Origin: Ptychomitrium polyphyllum
Lineage: Eukaryota
DNA: 64,000 bases
Direction of reading: 5' to 3'
Assembly: GCA_973851085.1 (NCBI GenBank)
Contig: OZ316775.1
Location: 20,522,001 to 20,586,000, forward strand
The position numbers and the translations under genes were made by a program. A model generated the notes under the pieces. It had not been told where the DNA came from and made no database searches. It saw only the letters and a program-made list of their open reading frames with translations. Shown here one piece after another: positions 42,364 through 54,877 of this stretch (position 1 is its first letter; every line of letters starts with the position of its first letter).

Positions 42364-44918
42364 TGATTATATGTTAATCTTGTGCGAGCTGCCCACCTTC
42401 ATCCTTCAACACTTTAATTCCAGCAGTTGGTTTCAAGCCTGGTATTGATCTCGTGGCAGTTTCCATGTGAGAATCCCCAAACTCAAAACTTTCTATTTTG
42501 TGAGAATTTCTTGTTTGGGATGCAGGACGGCTTAATCAACTCGAGCATCTTAAGTGTTGTATCTGTTATATTTTGGGAGCTCCATTGCAATCCTGTCTAC
42601 ATGGGAACCTTTCTGAGCACAGAATAATTCATTTTTCACGCTCGTATTGCTTCATAAAGTAGGTTGTTCAGGACGTGATGCAAGATGCATGCAATGAATA
42701 CGTTTACCAATGAAGTGGTGGAACTTTAAATACATTGGAGTATGTGCTCCAATCACAAACACAAATGATATGAAGAAGGAGGTGAGATCATTGGTGAAAT
42801 TTGGTTGCAAAAAAGGGGGTGGGTTTACAAACAATTATAATATGTAAGGGTGCACTGTATTAGAACTTAAGAGGCAAAACAAATGAACAAATATTTGTTC
42901 TTGAAATCTGCAAGTTAGGTGGATAATACTAGTATGAAGACATGCTCAAGATATTCCCAAGGGTTCATTCTTGCATCCAAGACTACCGATGCTGTGATCG
43001 ATGCAGCCTTGTGCTTTGTCACAATTCTAGTCTACCATGTTCAGTGGGTTAGCTGTTACTTATTACAAACTGAAGACCCTAAATTGCAGTTATGCACTCA
43101 GCCATTTAATTTTGCACAAAAGCAGTCTGAAAGGATGGTCTTGCAGAATTTTTGCTTCTATGCTGAAAATTGTATTGTAGATCTTTGGTTCTGAGAAGTT
43201 GTACTATCATTTCCCACAATATTTGTTAGAACCGAGATACTCAGGCGGTCGTACTGCAAGAGATATAATGTAGAACCCTCCATTCCTGTCACACTAAAGT
43301 ATGGAATATAGTTTTTTTTATTATTGTGACCTCTGACTATTAAACTTATTCTGAATCTTATTGACTTTTTAAAAAAGTTTATGATTTTCAAAGTTTTGTT
43401 TGTTATGCTTTTAAAAGGTAGGTTGAGGATTCTAGCTACTTAACACTCTTTTGTAAGTTAGAATTAAAGTAATTAAGATTTAAAAGGTCTCTCCATCTTT
43501 TCCTATATCTTGGAGGTTAGCAATCAATTTCAAAGAAATGTATACTTATATTTACCTAAATTTTCTACTTCAATGGTAAAATAAAAAAGTTTCATATTTT
43601 GGAAGTGCTTGACATAGATTTGGTGTAAGTTCGAAGCTGAGAATGACTGTTTGCTGCTATTTCCATAGTGCTAAGTTATATTTTAAGGTAGCTCGGCAGT
43701 GTTTTGGTTGGTGGGTTGACGAGGGTTATAAAGAGCATTGTTAAGTTGAGCTGGATCTCTCCGATCATGAGCGCAAGTGAAGGACACAGCTTCGCATTAT
43801 GTACTGTGTATCAGGTAACATGCTCGCCATTCCTGCAGCTGACAGGTTACCTAGTTCAGTCTATTGAGAAGCATTAATCTGAGGTTGTCATGATAATGTA
43901 AGCCTCAAAAGTATCAGCATGGAAGTGCTGTAGTGGGGTTGGCAACTGCAAGAAAATTTAAAGCTCTGGATGCACTAAGAATCTACAGCCACCGAGTACT
44001 CATGTGGATAGACAAGCAATCTTTTTGGAGTAGTAACTCATCAGGGAAAAATCTACAGGTGAACAGATGAACAGGTGCACATTGTGATATCAGTACAAGT
44101 TCTATTCGACTTTATTCAAAAACTCTTGTTGCTCCTCTGTATCGTTTCAGGCATACAAGTGGCCATCATTGATATTATAATATCAACAAGCCTCTTTTCG
44201 ATTCAGCAACTAACAAGATATTTTAATATAGAAAAGAAAAGCCATAGAATTTGTTAGAGGAATCGTAGAACGTCACTTAAGTAGAATTTTATTCAGAAGA
44301 AGCTAAACAACAAGTTTTAGTATAGCTCTTGGCTAGAGTTGGAATCATCCACTGAAGTGTTGGTTCAACTTCTCAATGTCGATGCTACAACGTGTTCCTC
44401 AAGTGCTCCTTTTCGTGCCTCATCAGTTACAGCAGTTTTAAAGGCCACACTTTCATTCTAGCAGTTGTAGATATTCTGATGAGAGTTTTTGCAGCTTCCT
44501 TTAAGAGAAAAGTTAGACTTGAGAGTCATATGGCGAGGTGTTGTCAATCGATGCAACATTCATCACAGAGCACGCAATCTCATGTCAACACTTCTGCTAA
44601 AGTCCAGTGAATATCATTGAAATTAGTTCCCGCGTGTATTATAAGTAAAGCTTAATCAAAAGCAGCAACCAGAAGCTTGCGGCATGTACTAGCTGACATG
44701 CCAAACAAGTGTGTAAAGCGCGATTCATGAAAGGATAATGGCTGGGCATGAAATGCATAACATGCGAATTGTCCAAATGCTATCATTTCTTTTCAATGTT
44801 AATGTGTGTTGATTAATCTAATAGAAACTATGATCTAGACCTAGGTAGCTGGTTGTGGGAGTTTCTCGAAACCCTCCCAATCAGTCCTCGAATGTTATCC
44901 TACACCATAAGATAGCCC

Positions 44919-45676
44919 TGCATCAATACAGTCTGTCTGCTGAGTTCAAACTACACCACTTTTCAGCTTCAAGAGGGAGATCTGAACAGGATAAACTCGG
45001 AAGTAATGTGAGGCATTTGACAGTTGTTTCTTAAATATTGGCTGCTTCAACAATGAAACGAAAGTAATCCTCATGTAAAATTTATTAGAAATCTTTGTAG
45101 TTAAACAATCTTGGGACCCTTCGACCTGGGTCACGTACATGAGGCTTCGAAGTTTTATAAGGAACTGGTTCATACCATCAGTGGTGTACACTACCTTCAG
45201 ACTTGCTCCACTTGCATCGACTCATGCCATCCGTATGTTCTTATCAGATGTTGCTATCAGTAGAATTAAAGAAGTCAAGGAAAATTCATCAGATGAACGT
45301 CATGTGTATTGTGTGTTGTGCATTTGAATACGATATCACACCGAAGTCTATATATGTCTTGAGATGCATAAGAGTTTGACCAATAATACTCTTGTCATTG
45401 TCTGGAAATGCGTGCTCGCTAACAATGAGATGGTCCTCGGGAAAGTTGTGTCCTGCGCAGCTGAACCCACCTGTTCCACCGTTTGGAATCTGAAGTACCG
45501 TCTCGAAATATCTTCAAACATATATGGAATAGATATGCCCAACCTTATCTTTCGATACCACTCCTTTCTGCCAGCACTTGCACCTGCTCCCTGAACATGC
45601 ACCTAAAGTAGTCAATGAAGTTTCTTATGAAGTTCATCAGCCACTTGTATCTCAGCAGACAGACTGTATTCATACA
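44919..45676. repeat. long-range inverted repeat (20-bp perfect core, ~26 bp total) enclosing ~700 bp
   Basis: AATACAGTCTGTCTGCTGAG (44925-44944) is the exact reverse complement of CTCAGCAGACAGACTGTATT (45651-45670). Confidence 0.8.
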
Positions 45677-46813
45677 TCTTGAGAAAATTCAGAAAATTCA
45701 CACCATGATATACAACATAGATTGCAATACCTTTAAAGGGTACAGCTTATAGGTAAATAACCAAACTAGGAAATCTACCCAGTTGTGCAACTAAATCCTT
45801 TAAAGGACTATGCTCATTGGAACTCTCTGCCTATCAACTAGATGAGTCATTGCATGGTGACATATGCTTGTTTTTCATAGGCTTGAGTAACTAGACGTTC
45901 TACAACTGCCCAGACATGTACTTGCGAATCTTCTTTACTTCGTTTTCCAAAGGGAGTCGTAAAACCCCTTGAACTACTAGTTGATGTTGCCAGTTCTATC
46001 CGTAATTCATGTAACTGCCAATCAGCCTTAAACATATTCGACTACTTCGTTGTCTCCAACCGGAACCCATGTTCCCAAAGACTCAGGCTTCTGTAAGTTC
46101 CGAAAATCTCAAAGTACCACGCAACTAACAAGTATACTTAGTAACCATTTCCAACTATTGGGAGTTCCTAGTATTAGGGATTAGTATGATCTCCATACAT
46201 AGAATTTGCATTGAGATTTTGCAAACAAATGTTTAGGTAGTGACGTATGCAGAACACATCATATTAAATTCTTAAGACTAATAACTAATATCTATGTTCA
46301 TTATGGACAAATATTTCTTTGGATAGATTTTACATTATAAGATAACACTTAATAATACAAAATAATAGTCTTCACAACCAAATACTCTGTAATTTTCAAG
46401 AACAACACTTAAAATCAATTCAAACAAGATAAAAACTTGAAGATGATGCAAAAAACTTTATTAGTTAAAAGAATGTATAGGAAATATGATGATTCCCAAA
46501 AAATTTACTAACCAAAAAAAATGCATGTTGTTTCTAGGGTGACTCCTCAATATATACACTAAACCTAGGATTTAAATCCACTTAGCTATTCTAATCTTGA
46601 AAATGTAGTATGTTATTGAGTAGTGCTCAATTATCAATTCATCCTAATTTAAGGGGCCTTTGTTGAATGGTTATTGACCCTTAACAACCTACATGGGAGG
46701 CTTTTACATGAATTTTTTGTCAGCCTACATGGGGGGCATTTATCTGAAATTTTTGTGAGGCTATACATTTATCTCTAAAGAAGATTAGCCAATACCACTC
46801 AATGGCCGGCCCT

Positions 46814-48515
46814 TCAGGGCTGGGCAAGTGAGGTAGTCGAGCTACCGGATTGAGGTTGTGGACTCCCTGCAGCTGGATTGTTGGCCATCATATTGGCAAG
46901 TCGTGTTTTCATTTTGTTCCAAAGATGTCTCATTCTGTTCCAAAGATGTTTCATTTTGTTCCAAAGATGTTTCATGTTGTTCCAAAGAGGTTTCATCTTT
47001 TTCCAAAGGGGTTTCACGAGGTCAAGTAGCGACTGGAAGGCGACGTACATGACAATACTCATTGAAAGCGTGACAGCAACGGTGACAGCAGCAAACACTA
47101 CATGGATCATAAAATCCATGTAAACGTCGTCGTGCAGGTACAAATACTCCACCATCACCACGCACACCACCACTTGGCCAATGAACATTTCCGTGTGCTT
47201 GTCAGCTTTGGAGCTCAATGTCGTGAGGGCGCCTCCAGGACTGAGGATCAACCTCATGCAATTGGTACACTGGCGCAGGAAGGAGGACACGAAGGCACAG
47301 ACTGTCTGCACACGGTAGTAGTATGCCAAGGTGTTCATCGCCTGACTCTTCCAGTTAAGAGCCGGATCACTGTGGCCGTAGCCTTCGATCAGTAGGTACC
47401 CCGCCGTTGCCAGAGCTACAAGGTGCAACCACTCAACAAATGTCACCGCCCAGTTGAGGTCTTTCAGAAAACCTGCTGAAGTGCGAGCCACAGCCATTGT
47501 GCGGCCCTGTGTTCGGTACTTGAGTATATACACAGGGATTAGAAGACCGATTATGACGAATGCAATCTGTTGGATGGCCACCATGGCTACACCGAATAGT
47601 ATCCCCTCGAAAACTGTCTTCTTTACCCTGAATTCCTTTCCAACAATCCAAAGTAGTATAAATACCAGGATTGCCATTCTGATGAGAACATTCCACCTAG
47701 AATTGCAATTCTCCAAACTTTGCAGCAGACAAACCACATCCTAATATTTGCGTATGTTTGCAAATTGTTTAATTAGGTCTTCATCTATGACAAATTCAAC
47801 CAGTTTCTGCTTTGTACAGGCTTAATTTTCTTACTTTAGAAGAGGTATTTGTTGCACTAGGACCAGATAACGTTCAGTGCTAAGCTCAAGTTCAGGATAG
47901 CTTATTTCCACAATGTCATTGTAACAACCAAGAAGAAACAGCGATTCTGGCTGCCAGGCAAACTAAGATAATTAAGTTTGTCATTGTCCAGATTCTATAC
48001 CGCGAAGGAACGAATCTGTACCTGTGACAGTACAGCATGGTAGGATCGCCACGCTCGCAGTAGATTGTGGGGTATCCTACAAAATTGGTCTTGGTGTAAG
48101 CGAAGTAAGACTCGTTAGGTCTTCGCCAAAAGGGTCGGTATTGGTAAACTATTCCGAGATCATAGTAGGGTTGTACCCGACCTCCGTTCATTGAGTAGGT
48201 GAAATTTTCCAGCATCAGCCTTGACTTCTTGCCTTCACATGGAAATTCGAAGGAAGAGTCGTCGTTGTCTTCTGGCCAAACGTCGTAGTAATGGCGAGCC
48301 GATTCATTCCGGAAGTCAGAGCGAGGATAATACTTCGTTTTCGCGTTCCAACTCCAAATTCCAACTACTCCAGGCTGGTTCAAGAGGGTGATGTTATCAA
48401 CACCTGTTATTGCAGCACACTGGATCATGTAGAACGAAATAATTGTTAGAGGGAGAGCTCGAGTTTCGGGCCCCTTAACTGTCAGGCTAGAAATGGTTAA
48501 GCCCATGCTTGACAT
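46814..48515 (-). CDS. uncharacterised multi-pass membrane protein with predicted luminal N-terminal domain and C-terminal heptad repeats, 2 exons, ~458 aa
   Basis: Exons 48515-48022 and 47696-46814 join in phase 2 (YCHR|WNVL) through a GT-AG intron. Hydrophobic leader (LPLTIISFYMIQCAA), four N-x-S/T sequons and 5-7 hydrophobic segments. No family recognised. Confidence 0.75.
46907..47016. repeat. coding 21-bp tandem repeat x5 (TTTCATTTTGTTCCAAAGATG), encoding (H/P)LWNKMK on the minus strand
   Basis: Seen directly: PLWKKMK PLWNNMK HLWNKMK HLWNRMR HLWNKMK. Confidence 0.95.
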
Positions 48516-49399
48516 AGTTATTTGCACAGGTCGCTAAGAAATGAAGGATCACGAATAGTCAGGCTGTACAACAAGTACGTACACCAAGCATGTGCACCAA
48601 GCTTGCTCTGCTACAGTTTTTTTATGAGACACTGCAGATAACAATGGCCTTGCGGAGGAATTGAGTTGACAATAAAAATGGAAATGGTTCGCTTCAAAAA
48701 TATCTCGAACGGTCGGACAAAGTCTCGACAGAAACAACTCAACCTCACGCAAAGGCTTAGGCTCGTTCTACGCGACACACTGACGAGTATTCTAGATCTT
48801 AAAAGATACAATAACTAATGCACGATGGAAAACATGTAGTTGGAACGAGCCACTTAACTACCATGAAATACAAATGCAAGAAGAGGGTGGAGAAAGAGGG
48901 GTCCAACTCGACCATTTCAACTCAATTGTTTGGGCGGCTTGCGCTTGAACTAACAACTCAACTCCGATCTATAATTTATTATTCCAGCATTTGAGCAGAG
49001 TTCTACTCAACTCACTTCGACCGGCAGTGCGGCCTACCTCACAAAGGAAAGACAGGGGACTGGTGAAGGAAGGTTCGGAGAGGACAGGTATTATAAATGT
49101 CGGAATGCCAACAGTTAGAGGAACGCAAAGTCTGTACAAGATGGTCCCACTTTGTGCTCCGGCAAGATGACAGAATCATGCCATTTGGTAAATGACTGTA
49201 TCAGAATAGTGGGTCTCTTGAAAATTGGCACACTGCTTAAAGTTACCTTTGACTATTAACTCGTGCGAGTACATCTCTGAAACTGCGACCTCCGACCTCG
49301 TGGAATAGAGCAACTCAATTCGGCAAAATCGAAAGTGCATGGCAACGACTTTCACGGTATCGACGTTCCGGTGCTCGTTATTTAAACAGTTTCGCAAGC

Positions 49400-50568
49400 C
49401 TCGTCCAGTGCTCCAACCTACACGATCTGCACCTCAACGACAACCTAACCGAGGACGAAATCCCAAAAGCGCTTAGTACTTGCTCTAGCTTGAGTTATAT
49501 TCTGCTATCCAACAATCGACTTTTTGGACATCTGGACAATCTGAACTTCACGAATCTCCGGAATCTCGAAGTGTTGACAGCGGTCAACAAGACCTTCAAC
49601 GGAACAGTCCCTGAAGCTCTTATCAACTGTGAGAACTTGATAATTTTTGACCTCAGCAGGAACCACTTAATAGGACAAATCTCGGCATCCGTTAAAGCAC
49701 CAGTCCTTGAAAACTTGAGAGTTCTTACCTTGAAGTCAAACTGAATCCAAGGTACAATTCCAGACTGTATAGAACCTCAAGAATGTGAGTATGCTTGATT
49801 TATCCAGCAACAAATTATCTGGATTGGTTTCAAGCAAATTGAGCAATACGAGAAGCTTCATTGAAGACATCACGAATGTGGTATTGGAAACAAATGATGT
49901 GACTCAGGTGTCCTATCTTGTGAGCCTGGTTCTCAGCTTCCTTAAAGTGGAATTTATATTCAGCTACCAAGGTTAGGTTCATACTATCACTGGAAATGGA
50001 CTCGTGTGGATTATGACACTAAGCTTGACAGAAGGAGGCTCACAAGCTCTATTCCTGACGATATTCTGAAACCAGAATGTCTTTGAAATCTCAATCTCTC
50101 TAGCAAAACATTCAGCAAACGAATTCCTGATGAAGATTCAAACTTACCGAGCATCCAGTTTCTAAATTTATCTACAAATCACATCACTGGTCCTGTTCCA
50201 ACATGTTGGCTTTAATGAGGAATCCGCCATTGTTCTATCTCGGATGCATCTTCCTATCTGAAGAAGCCCCTCAGGAAAACAACTTTGCCACTCGCATGTG
50301 AGTTGAGTATTTTAAGCCTGGAAAAGAAGGTCGTCGCGGACTGCCGATTGAAACAGAATGTCCTATAAGGTTGGATTCATCACTGTCTTGGATTGACGCA
50401 TATATGTCAATTCCCGGAGTTTGTTTGGGCATTTTCATTGGCCTTGTGGGAGTAGCCCTGGGGATAAGATTATCTACTGCAATTCGAAAGTACGTGTTCC
50501 TTAATTCCAGAGCAGGGAACGAGAAATCAATGACGGCCTGGAAGGCCATTCGCAGTGGTGGAACGTAG
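49400..50568 (+). pseudogene. LRR receptor-like protein (RLP) pseudogene
   Basis: Plant extracellular LRRs (LSYILLSNNRLFG, LIIFDLSRNHLIGQI, LRVLTLKSN*IQGTIPDC, MLDLSSNKLSG), an island region, a degraded C-cap (FKPGKEGRRGLPIETEC), TM (SIPGVCLGIFIGLVGVALGI) and a short tail. Stop at 49742-49744 and several frameshifts. 5' boundary uncertain. Confidence 0.85.
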
Positions 50569-51302
50569 CGCACATGTAGAAACGACAATCACTGCGGAAG
50601 CCACAAGAATATTTGCCAAGTTTGACTGTGAAGAAACCGTAACCTAATAGGGGTTGTTTGCTTGATCGCCACGAAATGGGCTTCTCTCAATTGTGCCTTC
50701 ATGTAGTACGAGTAAGTTTCACCTAAACTGGTATTCTGTAAAGCTCCGCCGTCATGTTGCAACGTTACATCCATCTGCACGTACGTGTCTTTCATCACCT
50801 TGTAGCGAATTTGCCGATATATTCCTTTCTGGACAAATACCTCAAGTTGTAGCAAACTCTCTTTTGAGCTGGAAACAGAAGTATAAGTATCAGAAAACAG
50901 ATGAGTACAGTCCATACTGCAGGAGATTCCGAAGAATCTAAACACAGAACCATGGGGAAGCATTGAGCACTGAACATTGTGAACTGCAAGCAGTCATTTT
51001 CGGAGATTCCAAAATGTCTCTAATCATGTTGTCGACATCGCGGGATGCAATATGTAACAGAAGGCAATCACTTTTGGTCAGATTATATACCTACCTCGTA
51101 AAATCCTTCCTGAAATTGGTCTGTGGATGTTTTCGTTTGTGATGTTGCAATGTTCCTCGAGTCGGTTGCTTCTTTTGTTTTTGTTTTTGTTTTCGTTTAC
51201 CCCTTTGTTGACAACTAAACTACAGGCCGGATAGGCATCATCTGCGGAATGTTACAATAAAAATCTGTCAATTTCAACTTAAGGCAGAGTAGTGCTTGAT
51301 AA

Positions 51303-53893
51303 TCAATTGGAATCGATGGCTTGTTCACCTTGTGCTAAACAAGCCAGTCCAGTGTTGAGATCAGAGTTGCGAAACTCATCCAAATCCACAGCATCTGGCG
51401 TTGAAGTTGGAAGAGAAGAACGATTCTGAAGATCAGGGTCCGGAAGATCTTCCAGATTCACAACCTCTCTCACTGAAAATGGCCGAAGAGAAAATTGGAC
51501 CTGTTGACAAATGAGAGATGCATTACCTAGGCCGTAGCAATGCCTTCCGAAACCTTCATAAAGAACAGTACTTAGATTGACCAATGAACAAGAATACAAG
51601 GTTTCAGCAACAGAAACAAGTAGCAGCTTACCATGGAACGTTTTGGAGCAGATTCCATAAAGTCTATATCAAGACGTGATGATTGATTTGGGAGCTGATG
51701 GTGCATACCCGTAGTCGCCACTGGTTGATTTGGGAGCCGAGGAAGTGTATCTCTAATCGGTATCGATTGCTTCATTACATGAAGTTCAGCTTTTAAATCT
51801 CTGTTGAAATTCACTACCTCGCTGAATGACTGAATTGTACGCTCGAAACTGGCCGTTACAGTGTTTCTGTTGGCAATGTCTGCTTCTTCCGCTGCTTGCT
51901 GAGCTTCTCATAAAACAAATGATAGAAGCATGTAAATTCTGTAATTCACACTTTTCCCAAGTTGTCTGCTCCAGAAATCAGATCCACGCATTTACCGAAG
52001 TTCCACAGATTAAAAGGAACTTCTAAAAAGAAAAATTTCTAAATGTTACAGTACCTTGAGATTCCCAAAATCCTTCAGAACAGATTCCCATGATGTTTTA
52101 ATAGCGGTCAAAATACTGCTGTTCGCTGTCTCTTCTCCTTTGAGCTGATACAGGTGCATGAAAAAATTAAAGCGAGTTTGAAACCTCTTCTATATCAAGT
52201 GAAACGTTGGAGTTCATGAATCTCTTAAATAGTCTGCAGCTAAAAGCATTGTTAAAGATGAGTGAACTTTAATACGTCACAATAATTTTCAGAAGCAGAA
52301 AAATCGTTGTTGCCTGTTAAATACAATAGTTTCCGAGAGACTCATTTTCAGGAAGAATCACGATCTAACCAGTTTGTGGAGTGCGTTTTGCTGAAGCGCC
52401 AATTTAGACCTATTATCGTTGCCTGTGAGGGAAGTTATACGTCAGATACATGTCTACGATATTCTCCCATATACCTGAGAAATATTTTGTGCGTTAATTG
52501 ACAAGTGTACGAGAGTGTAGCTGGCTTCCAAGTTCATCCGATTCGACAATGTCATCGTTGCATTAAGAAAATAGTAAAACGGAGAAGCGATCATCTTACT
52601 TTCAAAGCACGTCTCTTCGAGATATATCTTGATCTGTTTATAATCATCACAAATTTTCTGAAGAAGAGCTAACTCGTCTTCCCTTACTTTCTCCCAGCCA
52701 GCTAATCTTTTCTCCAGCTCCTCAGAGACGTTACCTAGCAAAAACAATTTCCATACTCTGTTGAACAAGATCGCCACTACAGCTGATGAAGGGTGTAGAC
52801 ATGATACATAGAAGCGGCAGACGATGTCGCATTGATAAATGTACAACAAGCAGGCACTGGAAAGTTAGCTGAAAGCAACAGACATTGCGGCCATGGACGA
52901 GGTGTGCTGTTCTGAGGCCCACGTAAACAAAGCGTTGTGGAAGTTGAACTTGCTGGCGTCGAACCTCCTCCGCCAGTCCCCGAGACATTGCGACGATTAA
53001 GACTTGACCTCAATCCAGCAAAATAAGGAGAAGGAGGTTTTGGCTGACTAAGTGATATCTCTTTGTCGTGGAAGCCCAGCCTGTTCCACTGCGTCTATAA
53101 CAACTTGGTTTAGTTGAACTGGAATTTGTTAACCTCGCCAGGAAATCAAGAAACCACAGTAAAAATTTCACATAAAGCTAGAAGATTAAGGTTTAAATGT
53201 TTCGCATGTCATAAACGACCAAGGTCAATCCAGGAAAAGCACACGATGATCCTGCAGTCAAGTTTCCTTACAAGATCGCAACTAGAGTCCTCAGGCTGTG
53301 AATTTTGCGAGCATTCTTGTGTATTTTGAGATTGCGAAAGTGATCGCTGATTCTGCGAGCAGTACGGCTGACCAGATCGAGAAAGGAAGGGATGTTTCGA
53401 CTGCGACTCTTGCTGTGAGCCGCCATCTTCTAAGTGTGTAATATCTGCTCTTTCGCGTTCAATCGGTCTCGGTGTAATACCACATCTTCACAGAATGAGG
53501 AACACAAAGCCACTAGTCAGAACCCGATAAACACGCGCGTAACGCCTCAAACTTCCACTTACATCGAACTGCTAAATAAAGTAAGTAGTCATTTAATTGC
53601 GAACTGCACTGCACCGGAGCTCGTGATTTTATTGCATCAATTCTCAGAGACTCTCATTACGAAGTTCTGTCTCAGCTTCAAACTCACATGCAAAAGAACA
53701 AGTACTCGAACTAATAAGAATCAAAAGCGCCAATCAAGTAGGTGAAAAACAAAGTCAAACATGACCAAAGTTTTCGCAGGAAAATATAACAAACAAACCC
53801 TGGGATAGAAACAGGAATCCGAGAGCACCGCGAGTGCGCAGCGTGGCTTAGCGGACCGGGCCTGCCGCCGATGCTGAAGATCCGCTTCCTCAT
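51303..53893 (-). CDS. SQ-rich coiled-coil protein, probably PRD3/PAIR1 (Mer2/IHO1 family) meiotic recombination-initiation factor; 3' end uncertain
   Basis: Eight phase-consistent GT-AG exons: 53893-53829, 53485-53272, 53094-52965, 52734-52600, 52422-52370, 52144-52055, 51898-51632, 51500-51303 (the last may splice onward at ~51329). SQ/TQ cluster (SQQESQ...SLSQSQNTQECSQNSQ), then NVSEELEKRL...RSKLALQQNALHKL|LKGEE, which resembles the PRD3/PAIR1 coiled coil as I recall it. The gene model is more certain than the identity. Confidence 0.6.
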
Positions 53894-54877
53894 TGCGATG
53901 GAAATGCGAGCTCCTCTGCAGCTGGTCTGGCTATGGCGTCAGTTTGCTTTGAAGCACTGCTGCGATGGTGTTCGCACCCTCCTCCGAACAACGACGCTCC
54001 CAATGGGTCGAGTTCCCGGATACAATGGAAGTATTCACCGTTCTAATTGAAGAGTTCTTGGTTCCATTTCCAGAGTTCTCAGTTCCCAATGGCAGTGTTC
54101 CCGGAACCCAGCGGAAGGGCCACTGGTTTCCTCTCGGAGAGTTCTCGGTTCCCAGTTCCCAGTCTCAGCCATCCTTGGGACTGGCTGTTGACGAACTCAA
54201 CATTGAACCATTTGCTCTATAAAGCATGTTTTCAAAACCTCACTAATTCCAAAAGCAACACTATTTTCAACCCGTCACCACCTCTAAGCAAACCTAAGCC
54301 ATGGGTGACAAGAGTATGGAGGTTAACAATAATGCACATGATGGTTTGTAGTCTATTTAGTAGCTGCAGGTGGCCCAGGGGTGTCAGTGGTGATGTTCCG
54401 TTTCTACCTTAACCTCCTTTACAAAAATACAGCACCATATCAGCGACAGAATTTTACAAGTTTTTTTAACGACTTGAGTCAATAAGTTTGGGATACATGG
54501 CTATGCAGGACCATGACTTTCATTGGTGGCACCGACAGTAGGTGTCATTTCCAAAGGATCTGGTTCCTCTAAGCAAAACCGATATCTTCTACTAGCGGCG
54601 TACGTTCTTTTCCAGAAGTCTACAATCTGCGTAGAAAACGTTTGTATCAGACACAGGGACTGTACAGAATAGCAATATTCTTCAGGAAATCTGTAGATTT
54701 TGAGAACAGCAGTATACGGCGCTACTAGCTGATGTCTGCCTACATCGCCTTGTGGAGAAGAATACTGGTTGCGAAACCTTGTGTGCGCTTCATTGTGGAT
54801 GCTCTCAGAGCTCGCCGCTCTGTAGATGCTCAGACTTTCCGCTTACACTGACGACGACCGGAATACCTCACGCAGTC

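Noticed and set aside
46907..47016. Regular repeat considered as a CRISPR-like array
   Set aside because: Head-to-tail 21-mers with no spacers, in frame within a eukaryotic exon.
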